Assembly (NCBI GenBank): GCA_963693055.1
Contig: OY843751.1
Location: 2,464,001 to 2,528,000, forward strand
Direction: 5' to 3'
Length of the DNA stretch: 64,000 bases
Source: a bacterium
Lineage (GTDB): Bacteria > Zhuqueibacterota > Zhuqueibacteria > Residuimicrobiales > Krinioviventaceae
Shown piece by piece: positions 1 to 9,644 of the stretch (the stretch's first letter is position 1; each line of letters opens with the position of its first letter). A program made the translations under genes and the position numbers. The notes under the pieces were generated by a model. It saw only the letters and a program-made list of their open reading frames with translations, ran no database searches and was not told where the DNA came from.

Positions 1-1
1 A

Positions 2-286
2 AACCGTTATACTGAATTAGGAATTGCTGATGTTGATACTACTCGGTTTTATAAATATGAGAATGAGATCTATAATCGTATTTTACATGAAAAACACTTG
101 CAGGAAATAAATAATAAACTTGATGGGTTAAAAAAACAATATCCAATAGTAATTCATTATAATGTTTTAGACACATTAAACCTGAATGAAGGGAAAAAAG
201 AAAAGTTTCCTTTTTTTCTAAGAAATAATTTTTCAGGTGAAGCTGTTGCACCTACAGTTGATTTAAAATGGTTATACTATAATTAG
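2..286 (+). CDS. 3' end of a gene entering from the left edge; hypothetical protein
   Basis: The frame of ORF 98..286 is open back to position 2 (NRYTELGIADVDTTRFYKYENEIYNRILHEKHLQEINNKL...), with a stop at 284-286. Function not assignable. Confidence 0.7.
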   Translation, partial: NRYTELGIADVDTTRFYKYENEIYNRILHEKHLQEINNKLDGLKKQYPIVIHYNVLDTLNLNEGKKEKFPFFLRNNFSGEAVAPTVDLKWLYYN

Positions 287-342
287 AGTTAGTTACCACC
301 TAATAAATAAACCAGTCACAATCACTTAATTAAGGAGGAACC

Positions 343-2433
343 ATGATGAAACACTTGGCTATTGTTCTTGTACTATTAAGCATGTGTGCTTTCAGTACAG
401 CAGTATTCGCCGATTATATGATTATGGATGGCGATAGCTCAGATTGGGCTATGGATCCAATTCAAATCGTTGGCGAAGACAATGTAGACGGTTTGTTCCC
501 GGCAGAAGTCGGTGCAGCAATCACGGATAATGTTGATGTTAAACATGTTCGTGCAAAAATCGTTGACAACGTTGCTTATACTTTTATTCGTTTTCAAGGC
601 GGCCCGGCTTGGCCAAATGAAGCTGACAAAGGCGAATACGAAGGTGTACCAGTGCAACGTTCACGTGGTTATTATCATCTAATGTTGGACCTTGATAATG
701 ATCCTTCAACCGGTTGGAATTCCGGTTACTATGAAGCTCATTATACCCCGGTTGGTTATCTTGAAAGCCAGGGCGTTGAAGGTCAGGAACATATTGGTGC
801 TGAAGCTGTTATTGGTACAGGTTTCTACACATACCGCAGTGCTCCAGATCCGGACAGTGCTGGTATTAAAAACTCTGGTATCAAATCTGTTAGCTATTTT
901 GCAGCTGATGTTTCTGAATATGATGCAGTTTCAGATGGTGGAACTGATTATGAAATTTTCGATACTGAAGTCAATGATCCCGACTCTGCTAAATCATTTC
1001 AGTGGAGTGGTGCATTACAGATCGGAAGTAGTGATCTTGAAGGTCTTGCAGAAGACAAATACTACCATATGGCCCATGCATGGGGCGAAGACTGGATCGA
1101 GTTTGCAATGGAATTGACTCCATTGAAACATTGGTTTGCAAGCAAAGGCAAGAGTTATTTCCAGGAAGGTGATGTTATTGGTATCACTGCAATGATTGAA
1201 ACTCCTGCTGATGATTGGGGTACTGACATTCCAACACGTGGCGAAATGGTTTGTCCTGCAATGCCTATGCGTCCAAATGCTATTAATTTTGATGGTGACG
1301 AATCTGATTGGGCAGGTATGCAACCAATCATTACTGCTATTGACAATGTTGATGGTCTGTATCCTGCTGATGTTGGTGCAGCTGTTACTGATAATGTTGA
1401 TATCAAAGAAGTTAAAGCTTTTTATCAGACTGATACAGAAGTTTTGTATTGGAATCTGAAAATGTGGGGCGGTCCTGTATGGCCCAACGAAGCTGATAAA
1501 GGCGACTATGAAGGTGTTCCAGTTCAGCGTTCACGTGGTTATTACCATGTATTATTGGATTTTGACAATGATCCTACTACTGGTTGGAATTCTCATTACT
1601 ATGAAGGTCACTATACTCCGGTTGGTTACCTTGCAAGCCAGGGTGCTGAAAATACTGATCCTATCGGAACTGAACTTTGGGTAGAATTTGGTGCACGTAC
1701 CTATAAATCAGCTCCAGATCCAGACAGTGCTGGAATCAAAAATTCTGGTGTTGCTGCAGTTAACTGGTGGTTGGCTGATTGGTCACAGTATGTTGGTGAA
1801 AATGATGGTGGTACCACCTGGGAATTCACTGATGCTGATGTAACTGATCCTGATTCTGCTGCTGCAATGAAATTTGATGCTTACCTTGCAAATGGCGGTG
1901 ATTTTGAAACAGGTAAAGTATTCTGGAATGCACATGCTTGGGGCGATGACTTTTTAGAAGTTGGTACAAGCATGACTATTGCTAAAATGTGGTGGATGGA
2001 ACAATATAACCAGGAAATATTGAAACCTGGTGATGTTGTTGGTATTGCTGGTTTTAATGAAACTCCTGCTGATGACTGGGGTTGTGATATGACTGCACGT
2101 GGCGAAATTGTAATTGCTGAAGCTACAGGCATTGCTGACGGTGCTGCAGTTGTTGAAGGTTACAAATTGAGTGACAACTATCCAAACCCATTCAACCCAA
2201 CAACTTCTATTAGCTACACTGTTCCACAATCTGCTGACGTAAGTATTGAAATTTTTAATACATTAGGTCAAAAAATCCGTACTTTGGTAGATGGCAAAAT
2301 GGCTGCTGGTGAACATACTGTTAATTGGAATGGTATGAACGATGCTGGCCAATCTGTATCCAGTGGTATCTATTTCTACCGCATGGTTTCAGATCAAATG
2401 ACTGTTACCAAAAATATGGTTCTCTTGAAATAA
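343..2433 (+). CDS. Secreted T9SS type A sorting (FlgD-Ig CTD) protein with two tandem ~288-aa repeats, possibly CBM9/DOMON-like
   Basis: AAGGAGG RBS; signal peptide; each repeat has DGDxSDW and LDxDNDPxTG motifs; C-terminal NYPNPFNPTTSISY...SSGIYFYRM...KNMVLLK. Confidence 0.85.
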   Translation: MMKHLAIVLVLLSMCAFSTAVFADYMIMDGDSSDWAMDPIQIVGEDNVDGLFPAEVGAAITDNVDVKHVRAKIVDNVAYTFIRFQGGPAWPNEADKGEYEGVPVQRSRGYYHLMLDLDNDPSTGWNSGYYEAHYTPVGYLESQGVEGQEHIGAEAVIGTGFYTYRSAPDPDSAGIKNSGIKSVSYFAADVSEYDAVSDGGTDYEIFDTEVNDPDSAKSFQWSGALQIGSSDLEGLAEDKYYHMAHAWGEDWIEFAMELTPLKHWFASKGKSYFQEGDVIGITAMIETPADDWGTDIPTRGEMVCPAMPMRPNAINFDGDESDWAGMQPIITAIDNVDGLYPADVGAAVTDNVDIKEVKAFYQTDTEVLYWNLKMWGGPVWPNEADKGDYEGVPVQRSRGYYHVLLDFDNDPTTGWNSHYYEGHYTPVGYLASQGAENTDPIGTELWVEFGARTYKSAPDPDSAGIKNSGVAAVNWWLADWSQYVGENDGGTTWEFTDADVTDPDSAAAMKFDAYLANGGDFETGKVFWNAHAWGDDFLEVGTSMTIAKMWWMEQYNQEILKPGDVVGIAGFNETPADDWGCDMTARGEIVIAEATGIADGAAVVEGYKLSDNYPNPFNPTTSISYTVPQSADVSIEIFNTLGQKIRTLVDGKMAAGEHTVNWNGMNDAGQSVSSGIYFYRMVSDQMTVTKNMVLLK
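427..2112 (+). repeat. Intragenic tandem duplication (unit ~864 nt; copies ~427-1251 and ~1291-2112)
   Basis: WPNEADKGxYEGVPVQRSRGYYH, HYTPVGYL, SAPDPDSAGIKNSG and ETPADDWG each occur twice; DNA is also similar (e.g. tcacgtggttatta at 661 and 1531). Confidence 0.9.
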
Positions 2434-2453
2434 TCATTTTTTCTGATTATATT

Positions 2454-2490
2454 AGATGGGATTGTCATTCCGACAGTCCCATCTTTTTTT
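2454..2490 (+). terminator. Rho-independent terminator
   Basis: AGATGGGAtTGTC/GACAGTCCCATCT stem followed by a T-run, just after the stop at 2433. Confidence 0.85.
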
Positions 2491-2511
2491 ATGTAAAACA
2501 GGATAGGTGAA

Positions 2512-3921
2512 ATGCTCAAATTGAAACTTTTTTTATTGTTGTCTTTTTCTATTTTAATCTTTTCTTGTTCAGAAAATACCTCAACCAATATTGCAATCTT
2601 TGATGGTGGTTCAATTACAATTGATGATTATGTAAATCACTTTCTTGAAAGCACCCGTTATAAACCCAATTTTGTTCCTAATGAACAAAATCTTGAGGAT
2701 ATTGTTCACAAATTAGCTATTACAAAATTATCAGTAGCAGAAGGATTTGCTACCCAGATAGATTCTGATACTGCTTTTATTGAACTTTACAATAAAAACA
2801 ATAGCAGAATACTGTTTCATGAATATATGAGAAAAATGATCATAGATTCTGTTATTACAGACAGTCTTATTCAAAAATATTATGCAGAATTTTCACCTCA
2901 ATATCATATGTATTATATTATGCGACCGGTACCCAAAACTTCAACTCGTGAGTTTGACCGATCTCAAAAAAAAGTAATTGAACAAGTTTATTCCAAACTT
3001 GAAAAAGGGGAGGATTTCCACAAGCTTGCTGAAACTTTTTCTCAGGATATAACTACCAATAAAAAGGGCGGAGATTTAGGTTGGATTATTCGTGAATCCT
3101 TGGGTGATAAAGTTTTACGTGCTGTTATGGATACTTTAAAACAGGGACATTATTCCGCTCCTGTCAAAGGTTATGAAGGCTGGTATGTTGTATTTAAAGG
3201 AGAAATTCGGAATGTACCTGTCCCATCCTTTCAAGATGCAGAAAATAAAATATGGAAAAGTTTGTACAATTCCCGAAAGCATGTAATGCAGGAAATTCTT
3301 GACGAGAAATTTAGCAGTGTTAAAGATAAATATGAGCTTGAAATACATTATGATAATATAAATAAAATTGTAAAAACAACGGGCTCAGATACAACAATGC
3401 CCTATAAATTTATGGACTTTTCCCATTTCCCACCTGAAAATTTTGAGCTGGTTTTAGCCACTTTTAAAGGTGGACACATTGTTGCAGGTGAAGTTATACG
3501 AAGCATTAAAAAATCTCCGGATAATTATAAAGAATTTCAAAAACGTTTTAAATCTTTATGTGAACAACATATTATGGCAGAATTTTCCAAAACTTTGGGT
3601 TTTGAACAAGACCCTAAAGTTGTTCAAGAGAGTGATAATTATAAACAATTATTGATGAAAAATTTGGTATACCAAAAAAATGTTCGTGATAAAGCCATTG
3701 CCAAAGTTGATGAACTAAAGACAGAACTTGAAAAATCGACAAATCCGGCAGATTTATCTAAAGTGCTTAGTGCGCACCAGGTACGTTTTGAAAATGAGTT
3801 GAATAAAGAATTTGAAGAACATTTATTTAATAAATATAATTTACAAATAGTGAAAAGTAATATCCCACGTGCTTTAAAAATTGCTGAAAAAATGAAAAAG
3901 GAACAAGAAGAGAAAAAGTAA
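2512..3921 (+). CDS. PpiC/parvulin-type peptidyl-prolyl isomerase lipoprotein (SurA/PrsA-like foldase)
   Basis: Lipobox IFSC; rotamase motif GEDFHKLAETFSQD...KGGDLGW...L..G..SAPVKGYEGWYVV. Confidence 0.85.
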   Translation: MLKLKLFLLLSFSILIFSCSENTSTNIAIFDGGSITIDDYVNHFLESTRYKPNFVPNEQNLEDIVHKLAITKLSVAEGFATQIDSDTAFIELYNKNNSRILFHEYMRKMIIDSVITDSLIQKYYAEFSPQYHMYYIMRPVPKTSTREFDRSQKKVIEQVYSKLEKGEDFHKLAETFSQDITTNKKGGDLGWIIRESLGDKVLRAVMDTLKQGHYSAPVKGYEGWYVVFKGEIRNVPVPSFQDAENKIWKSLYNSRKHVMQEILDEKFSSVKDKYELEIHYDNINKIVKTTGSDTTMPYKFMDFSHFPPENFELVLATFKGGHIVAGEVIRSIKKSPDNYKEFQKRFKSLCEQHIMAEFSKTLGFEQDPKVVQESDNYKQLLMKNLVYQKNVRDKAIAKVDELKTELEKSTNPADLSKVLSAHQVRFENELNKEFEEHLFNKYNLQIVKSNIPRALKIAEKMKKEQEEKK

Positions 3922-3962
3922 TTGATGTTTAAAAAATTATAATAAATTATATTGGGGGAATT

Positions 3963-6900
3963 ATGAAAAAGTTAATTGCTTTTGTTATTATATATTTTGT
4001 ATCAAGCTTATCTCTGGCTTTGGGAAAGCCAGAGATTCAAAATATCGCTCAAAATTTTTTAGATAACTCTTTCATTCATAAATCTCTTGATCAAACACAT
4101 ATCAATATCAGCTCAATCGAAACGTTAACTGATTTTACAGTCCCTGTTTACATTGTTCATTTGTCTCCTCAGGGATTTCTGGTATTTGTGGATAACCAGC
4201 ACCTTGAAAGGCCTGTCGCGTATTCTGTGAATTCAAACTGGGAGCCGGATTCACAGAATCCATTTAGAGCTTTTCTGAAAAATGATCTACAGTATTTCTA
4301 TACTACTAATTTAAATCCTGTTGAAACATCACCTGATAATAATAACCATGTGAATGATCTGGAATCCTGGCCACCTCTGGGTTCTACATCCACTGGAGGG
4401 TGGATAGAGACCACATGGCACCAGAAAAATCCATATAATCAGTTTTGCCCAATAGATACCTATACTAATAAAAGATCTATTACAGGGTGTGTGGCAACTG
4501 CAATGGCACAGATTGTACAATATCATCGTTTTATTGGTGATTTTCAATTTTCTCAGGTAGACCGATATATTACCGGTTATAGAAAAATGCGTATTGATCA
4601 GGATAGTGAAATCCTGGATTTTAAAGGTTTTTCAACTTTGAATACGTTTCTCAATGAGATTCAATCCTGTTATGAAACCGGTGTTGATTTGACTAGTGAT
4701 CAAATTGCTGCTTTGAATTTTGTTTGTGGAATTCTTGTTCATATGGATTTTACTTCAGATGTGTCAGGTGCTGCACTTGCTGACGTAGATTCTGCTCTAA
4801 TAAATAAATTCGACTATTCTTCTGCAATTTTTTCCAGGTATTCAGATGTGCGCTTTTATGACCAGTTAATTGAACACATGATGAATGCGTTGCCTGTACC
4901 CATAAGTTTGGGGGCTCATATTGCAGTTGTTGATGGATATAATACAGATGGTTTTTTTCATATGAATTTTGGATGGGGTTCCGGTACACCTACACAAATT
5001 CAACAATGCTGGTATCTGTTACCAGACGGTATGCCATATCAATATGATAAAATCTATTCTGCTGTATTTAATATTAAACCTTCTTTTGCAGCAAATTCTA
5101 CATTATCAGTAAGTGATAGCCTCTTGTATTTTGATACAACCTTGTTAAATACTGAATCTAATGTGATGAATTTTAATATTATAAATTCAGGTGATGAAAT
5201 AGTTAAAATTGATAAAATTACTTCTTCTGATTATTTTCAGATCAGTTTAGATTCTAATACTTTTTCTACCTTAATTAGCGAGTTTTCTATTCCTCCATTA
5301 CAAAATATAGAATTATATGTACGTTGCATACCAGATAGCTTTGGTATTTTTGAGGGGAAAATTGAAATATTATCAACAGAAAATAGTTTAAATCGATATA
5401 AAACAGTTGATCTTGCTTGCTATGGAGTACCAGACAATCGAAATGTGATTTATACAGGAAACATAAATGGTGTATGGGAAAAGGACTCGCATCAATATAT
5501 TATTGGTGATCTTGACATAATTCCCGGAGATTCATTGATTATTGAACCTGGAGTTAAAGTTGAGTTTCAAGGTCCATATAAGATAAATGTTAGTTCAGAT
5601 GCAAAGATTATTGCAAGAGGAACCGAATTTGATCCCATTAATTTTTTTTCAGAGAATGAACAAATAGGATGGAAAGGTATAAATTTACTTTCTTCGGCTG
5701 ACGATGATAGTTTTTCTTTTTGTGATTTTCAATTTTCAAAGAACAAAGATGATAATGGGGGAGCTGTATACCTTGATTCTTCAAATACTTTTTTCAGCAA
5801 TTGTAATTTTTCAAATAATACTGCTGAAAATGGTGGTGCATTTTATTGCAGTTATTCTAAACCTGAATTTTATCAGTGTTCATTTATTAACAATACAGCC
5901 AAATTAGGTGGAGCCATTTATTCTGAATTTTCAAATATTAATATTCATCAAACATTAATTTGTGATAATTCAGTTACAATTAATGGTGGTGGAATATTTT
6001 CTTATGAATCGGATTTATCTTTAGTAAATGTTACCATTTCTCACAATAATGCTGGTCAAAGAGGTGGTGGATTAACTATAGATGGTGGAGAAAAAATATT
6101 TATAAATAATACTATTTTATTTAGTAACAATGCTTCAGATTTGGGGCATAATCTTTATCTCCTAGATAATCATTGGAATAGCACTGTTATTGAATTTGGA
6201 TTTAGCAATATTGACAGGCATTCTGAATCTTCATTTTATGAATATACTTATTATAATAATATTATTATAAAATGGAATTATGGTAATATTGATGTTGAAC
6301 CATTATTTGTTGATCCTGAAAATTATAATTTTCATTTGCAATCAATTTCACAATGTATTGATGCTGGTGATCCTTCAATTGATGTTGGAGAAGAGCCATT
6401 TCCTCACGGGTATTGTACGAATCTAGGTGCTTATGGGGGAACAGATCAAGCAACAACAACTGATTCACCTAGACTTGCTGTTAATCCCTTTCCAGCCTTG
6501 TTTGATAACGTTAAAATTGATTCCTTGAATTTTTTAAAAGTCTATTTAAAAAATGGTTGTAATGAAAATCTTGTTATAAATAATATTTCTAACAATAATA
6601 CAGATATTTATTCACTTTCTTTACCTCAGGAATATATTGATAATGGAAAATTAATAATTCAATCAGGCAGCATTGATAGCTTGATTTTAACATTAGATTT
6701 ATCTGATTCGACTTTAATATCAGTTGATGATTCTGTTTTTATTCAGCTCGAAAATGCGCCTAATGTATCTGTTCCTGTATTCTGCAATTCTTTTCTAGCT
6801 ACAACAATAGATAGTGGTCAAGTTTCCGGTGTTTGGACTCTTGAAAATAGCCCTTATATAATTAACGATTACATATTTGTTAAACAAAATGATTCTTTAA

Positions 6901-9518
6901 AAATTGAACCTGGTGTAACTGTTTATTTTTCCAGCAAGGCTTCTTTTCATGTTTTACAAAATTCCAAATTGATTGCAAATGGGACAACCGGATTGCCCAT
7001 TACTTTTACTGCTTTAGATAGTTCATTAGGTTGGAACGGTTTGTGTTTCCGTAATAGTGATTGTGATGATAGTCTGACATTTTGTAATATTTCTAATATA
7101 AGATGGGATTATGCAGATATATCTCAATTTTATTATAGACATGGTGCAATGTCTATTCTTAATTCAAAGCCCTTTATATCGCATTGTAATTTTTTTAAAA
7201 ACAAGTCAGATTTTTTTGGTCTTATTTATATTGATCAGGATTCATTTTCATTTAATTATTGTCGCATTTATGACAATTTTTCTTCTTCTCAATTATTTAC
7301 CAATATGCATTCTACATTATTATTTAATCATGTTTTAATCTACAATAATTCTATTAAAATGGTTTTTTATGATCAAACGGGTAATTTTCTGCTAAATAAT
7401 TGTGTAATAACAAAAAACTTTGGTGAGGGTTCATTTAACAATTCATCACAAACATTGAATTATAATTCAATTGTAATCAAAAATTCTATCATTTGGAATA
7501 ATATTGAATTGCCTATTATTAATCCAGGTAATCGTGATACGGTTTTAGTAGAATATTCTTGTGTTGATACCAGTTTTTCTGATTGGATTCTTATTCCTGT
7601 TCAATATCATTCGGATAGCCGAAACATAGTATGGGGAAAAGGTAATGTTTTCACTGATCCTTTATTTATTGATCCTGAATACAATGATTTTCGGTTACAA
7701 CAAGCATCACCAGGTATTGATGGAGGAGACCCGGCGGATGATCATGGAGATGAACCTTTTCCTCATGGCTACAGAATAAATATGGGGTTTTGGGGGGGGA
7801 CAGACTATGCAGCCAATACTCAAGGTCCTTTTCTTACTGCTGCTCCAGACCCAATACATTTTAATCGAGTTGATCCTTCTTATGAACACCAGAAAAATCT
7901 ATATTTGAAAAATGGCAGCGAGTATGATATACAAATCACTGATCTGGCACTTTTAGATACAACTTTTTTTCGATTAACTGATGATTGGGGTAGTACGGAT
8001 TTTTCAACAAATTTCACTTTACATTCCGGTGATATTGATAGTTTTTCTGTAATTTTTAATTCTATGGATGAATCTGAATTTAGTTGTTCAAGTGAAATTT
8101 ATCTTAGTTCCGTTGAATGTGGTAATGATACAGTAGATCTTTTGGCAGAAACTTTGTTTGGTAGTAAAATCTCTAATAAATATGTTTCTGGTATTTGGAC
8201 CCAGGACAATTCTCCATATAATATATTAACAGATATTGAAATACCAGATAGCTCGAAATTGGTAATAGAACCCGGAGTAATAGTCAAGTTTTTAGGACCA
8301 TTTTCACTGACAATAAATAAAGAATCTCAACTTTTAGCCAAAGGCATACCTGATAATAAAATTGTTTTTTTACAAACTGATTCACTGATTCAAAAAAATT
8401 GCTTTAAATTTTTAAACAGTGGTGTTGATGATACACTTGAATATTGCACTTTTAAAAAATTTGCATATAATGCTCCACAATACAATGCTCTATTTTATTT
8501 ATATCAAACCGGTACCGTTTTTAAAAATGTAGATTTTATTAAAAATTACAGCAATACTTCAAATGGATTGATTTGTTGTGATAAATCTGATGCCATTTTT
8601 TTAAATTGCAAGTTTATTGATAACAAATCAGAACTCAAAGGTATTATCTATGCTAATAGTGCAAATATTTTGCTGAAAAATACTCTATTTAATAATAATT
8701 ATTGTTATGAAACCGGTGGTGTAGCCTATTCAAATAATTCTAATTTCGATTTTATAAATTGTACAATATATAACAATGGCGCCAAAGGGTTGGGGGGAGT
8801 TGTGCATTGTAATTTAAAGAATAGTTTAAATTTCCAAAATTCAATTATTTGGAATAATTATGCTTCAAAAGGATCCTTTGTCTATTCTAATGCCACGACA
8901 GAACTGAATACAAATTTTTGTTGTATCGATTCAAGTGCAAAACTTGTAGACGCCATAGGTAGCAATTGGGGGCAATTGAATTGGGGAGAGGGTAATATAT
9001 ATTGTGATCCACTATTTACCAATGCAGAAAATAATGACTTTGTTTTATCTAATACCTCTCCATGTATTGATGCAGGTGATCCGGATTTATTGAGTAATGA
9101 TCTTGAGGATCCATCTACTGATGGTATGGCCCTTTGGCCAGCCATGGGTACCATTCGCAACGATATTGGAATGTATGGAGGGAATCCTAAAGCTTATATT
9201 GCAACGGATATTTCTATAGACGATTTTTCTGTTCCGGTGAAATTTGTTTTAATGCAAAACTATCCCAATCCGTTTAATGGGCATACAGTAATTGAATTTC
9301 ATTTACCCAAATCCGGTGACCTGCGTATCGAAATCTTTAATACGCTTGGTCAAAAAGTTACCACATTGGCAGATACTCGTTATGATATCGGTATTCACAA
9401 ATTAACCTGGGATGGTACAAATGATAACGGTGTTATGGTTTCGTCGGGTATATATCTATACAGGGTAGTCCTGGATGATAATCAATCCATTATAAAACGA
9501 TTAGTGTTTTTAAAATAG
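3963..9518 (+). CDS. C10 (streptopain-like) cysteine peptidase with 3x [Ig-like + right-handed beta-helix] modules and T9SS CTD
   Basis: Signal and pro-region; WHQKNPYN, TGCVATAMAQ (catalytic Cys), HIAVVDGY...HMNFGWG (catalytic His); repeated IEPGV, GGA and PLF..P...F.L...S..ID.GDP motifs; NYPNPFN CTD. Confidence 0.88.
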   Translation: MKKLIAFVIIYFVSSLSLALGKPEIQNIAQNFLDNSFIHKSLDQTHINISSIETLTDFTVPVYIVHLSPQGFLVFVDNQHLERPVAYSVNSNWEPDSQNPFRAFLKNDLQYFYTTNLNPVETSPDNNNHVNDLESWPPLGSTSTGGWIETTWHQKNPYNQFCPIDTYTNKRSITGCVATAMAQIVQYHRFIGDFQFSQVDRYITGYRKMRIDQDSEILDFKGFSTLNTFLNEIQSCYETGVDLTSDQIAALNFVCGILVHMDFTSDVSGAALADVDSALINKFDYSSAIFSRYSDVRFYDQLIEHMMNALPVPISLGAHIAVVDGYNTDGFFHMNFGWGSGTPTQIQQCWYLLPDGMPYQYDKIYSAVFNIKPSFAANSTLSVSDSLLYFDTTLLNTESNVMNFNIINSGDEIVKIDKITSSDYFQISLDSNTFSTLISEFSIPPLQNIELYVRCIPDSFGIFEGKIEILSTENSLNRYKTVDLACYGVPDNRNVIYTGNINGVWEKDSHQYIIGDLDIIPGDSLIIEPGVKVEFQGPYKINVSSDAKIIARGTEFDPINFFSENEQIGWKGINLLSSADDDSFSFCDFQFSKNKDDNGGAVYLDSSNTFFSNCNFSNNTAENGGAFYCSYSKPEFYQCSFINNTAKLGGAIYSEFSNINIHQTLICDNSVTINGGGIFSYESDLSLVNVTISHNNAGQRGGGLTIDGGEKIFINNTILFSNNASDLGHNLYLLDNHWNSTVIEFGFSNIDRHSESSFYEYTYYNNIIIKWNYGNIDVEPLFVDPENYNFHLQSISQCIDAGDPSIDVGEEPFPHGYCTNLGAYGGTDQATTTDSPRLAVNPFPALFDNVKIDSLNFLKVYLKNGCNENLVINNISNNNTDIYSLSLPQEYIDNGKLIIQSGSIDSLILTLDLSDSTLISVDDSVFIQLENAPNVSVPVFCNSFLATTIDSGQVSGVWTLENSPYIINDYIFVKQNDSLKIEPGVTVYFSSKASFHVLQNSKLIANGTTGLPITFTALDSSLGWNGLCFRNSDCDDSLTFCNISNIRWDYADISQFYYRHGAMSILNSKPFISHCNFFKNKSDFFGLIYIDQDSFSFNYCRIYDNFSSSQLFTNMHSTLLFNHVLIYNNSIKMVFYDQTGNFLLNNCVITKNFGEGSFNNSSQTLNYNSIVIKNSIIWNNIELPIINPGNRDTVLVEYSCVDTSFSDWILIPVQYHSDSRNIVWGKGNVFTDPLFIDPEYNDFRLQQASPGIDGGDPADDHGDEPFPHGYRINMGFWGGTDYAANTQGPFLTAAPDPIHFNRVDPSYEHQKNLYLKNGSEYDIQITDLALLDTTFFRLTDDWGSTDFSTNFTLHSGDIDSFSVIFNSMDESEFSCSSEIYLSSVECGNDTVDLLAETLFGSKISNKYVSGIWTQDNSPYNILTDIEIPDSSKLVIEPGVIVKFLGPFSLTINKESQLLAKGIPDNKIVFLQTDSLIQKNCFKFLNSGVDDTLEYCTFKKFAYNAPQYNALFYLYQTGTVFKNVDFIKNYSNTSNGLICCDKSDAIFLNCKFIDNKSELKGIIYANSANILLKNTLFNNNYCYETGGVAYSNNSNFDFINCTIYNNGAKGLGGVVHCNLKNSLNFQNSIIWNNYASKGSFVYSNATTELNTNFCCIDSSAKLVDAIGSNWGQLNWGEGNIYCDPLFTNAENNDFVLSNTSPCIDAGDPDLLSNDLEDPSTDGMALWPAMGTIRNDIGMYGGNPKAYIATDISIDDFSVPVKFVLMQNYPNPFNGHTVIEFHLPKSGDLRIEIFNTLGQKVTTLADTRYDIGIHKLTWDGTNDNGVMVSSGIYLYRVVLDDNQSIIKRLVFLK

Positions 9519-9644
9519 GTTGATAATTATATAGATTTTAACTAGTTTTTAAAAATAATAATCAATATTGGGGGTGTAATTCCAGTTTAAATTCGGAATT
9601 ATTCACTCTTGCAATTCAAATTCTAAAACTCGAGGGGTGTGATT

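Noticed and set aside
7792-7799. G8 tract as a phase-variation switch in the first C10 gene
   Set aside because: The tract is short, the frame is intact, and it encodes the conserved [YW]GG motif seen in the other modules.
9570-9610. Imperfect hairpin between the two C10 genes as a terminator or ncRNA
   Set aside because: The stem is mismatched with no clear U-tract; too weak to call.
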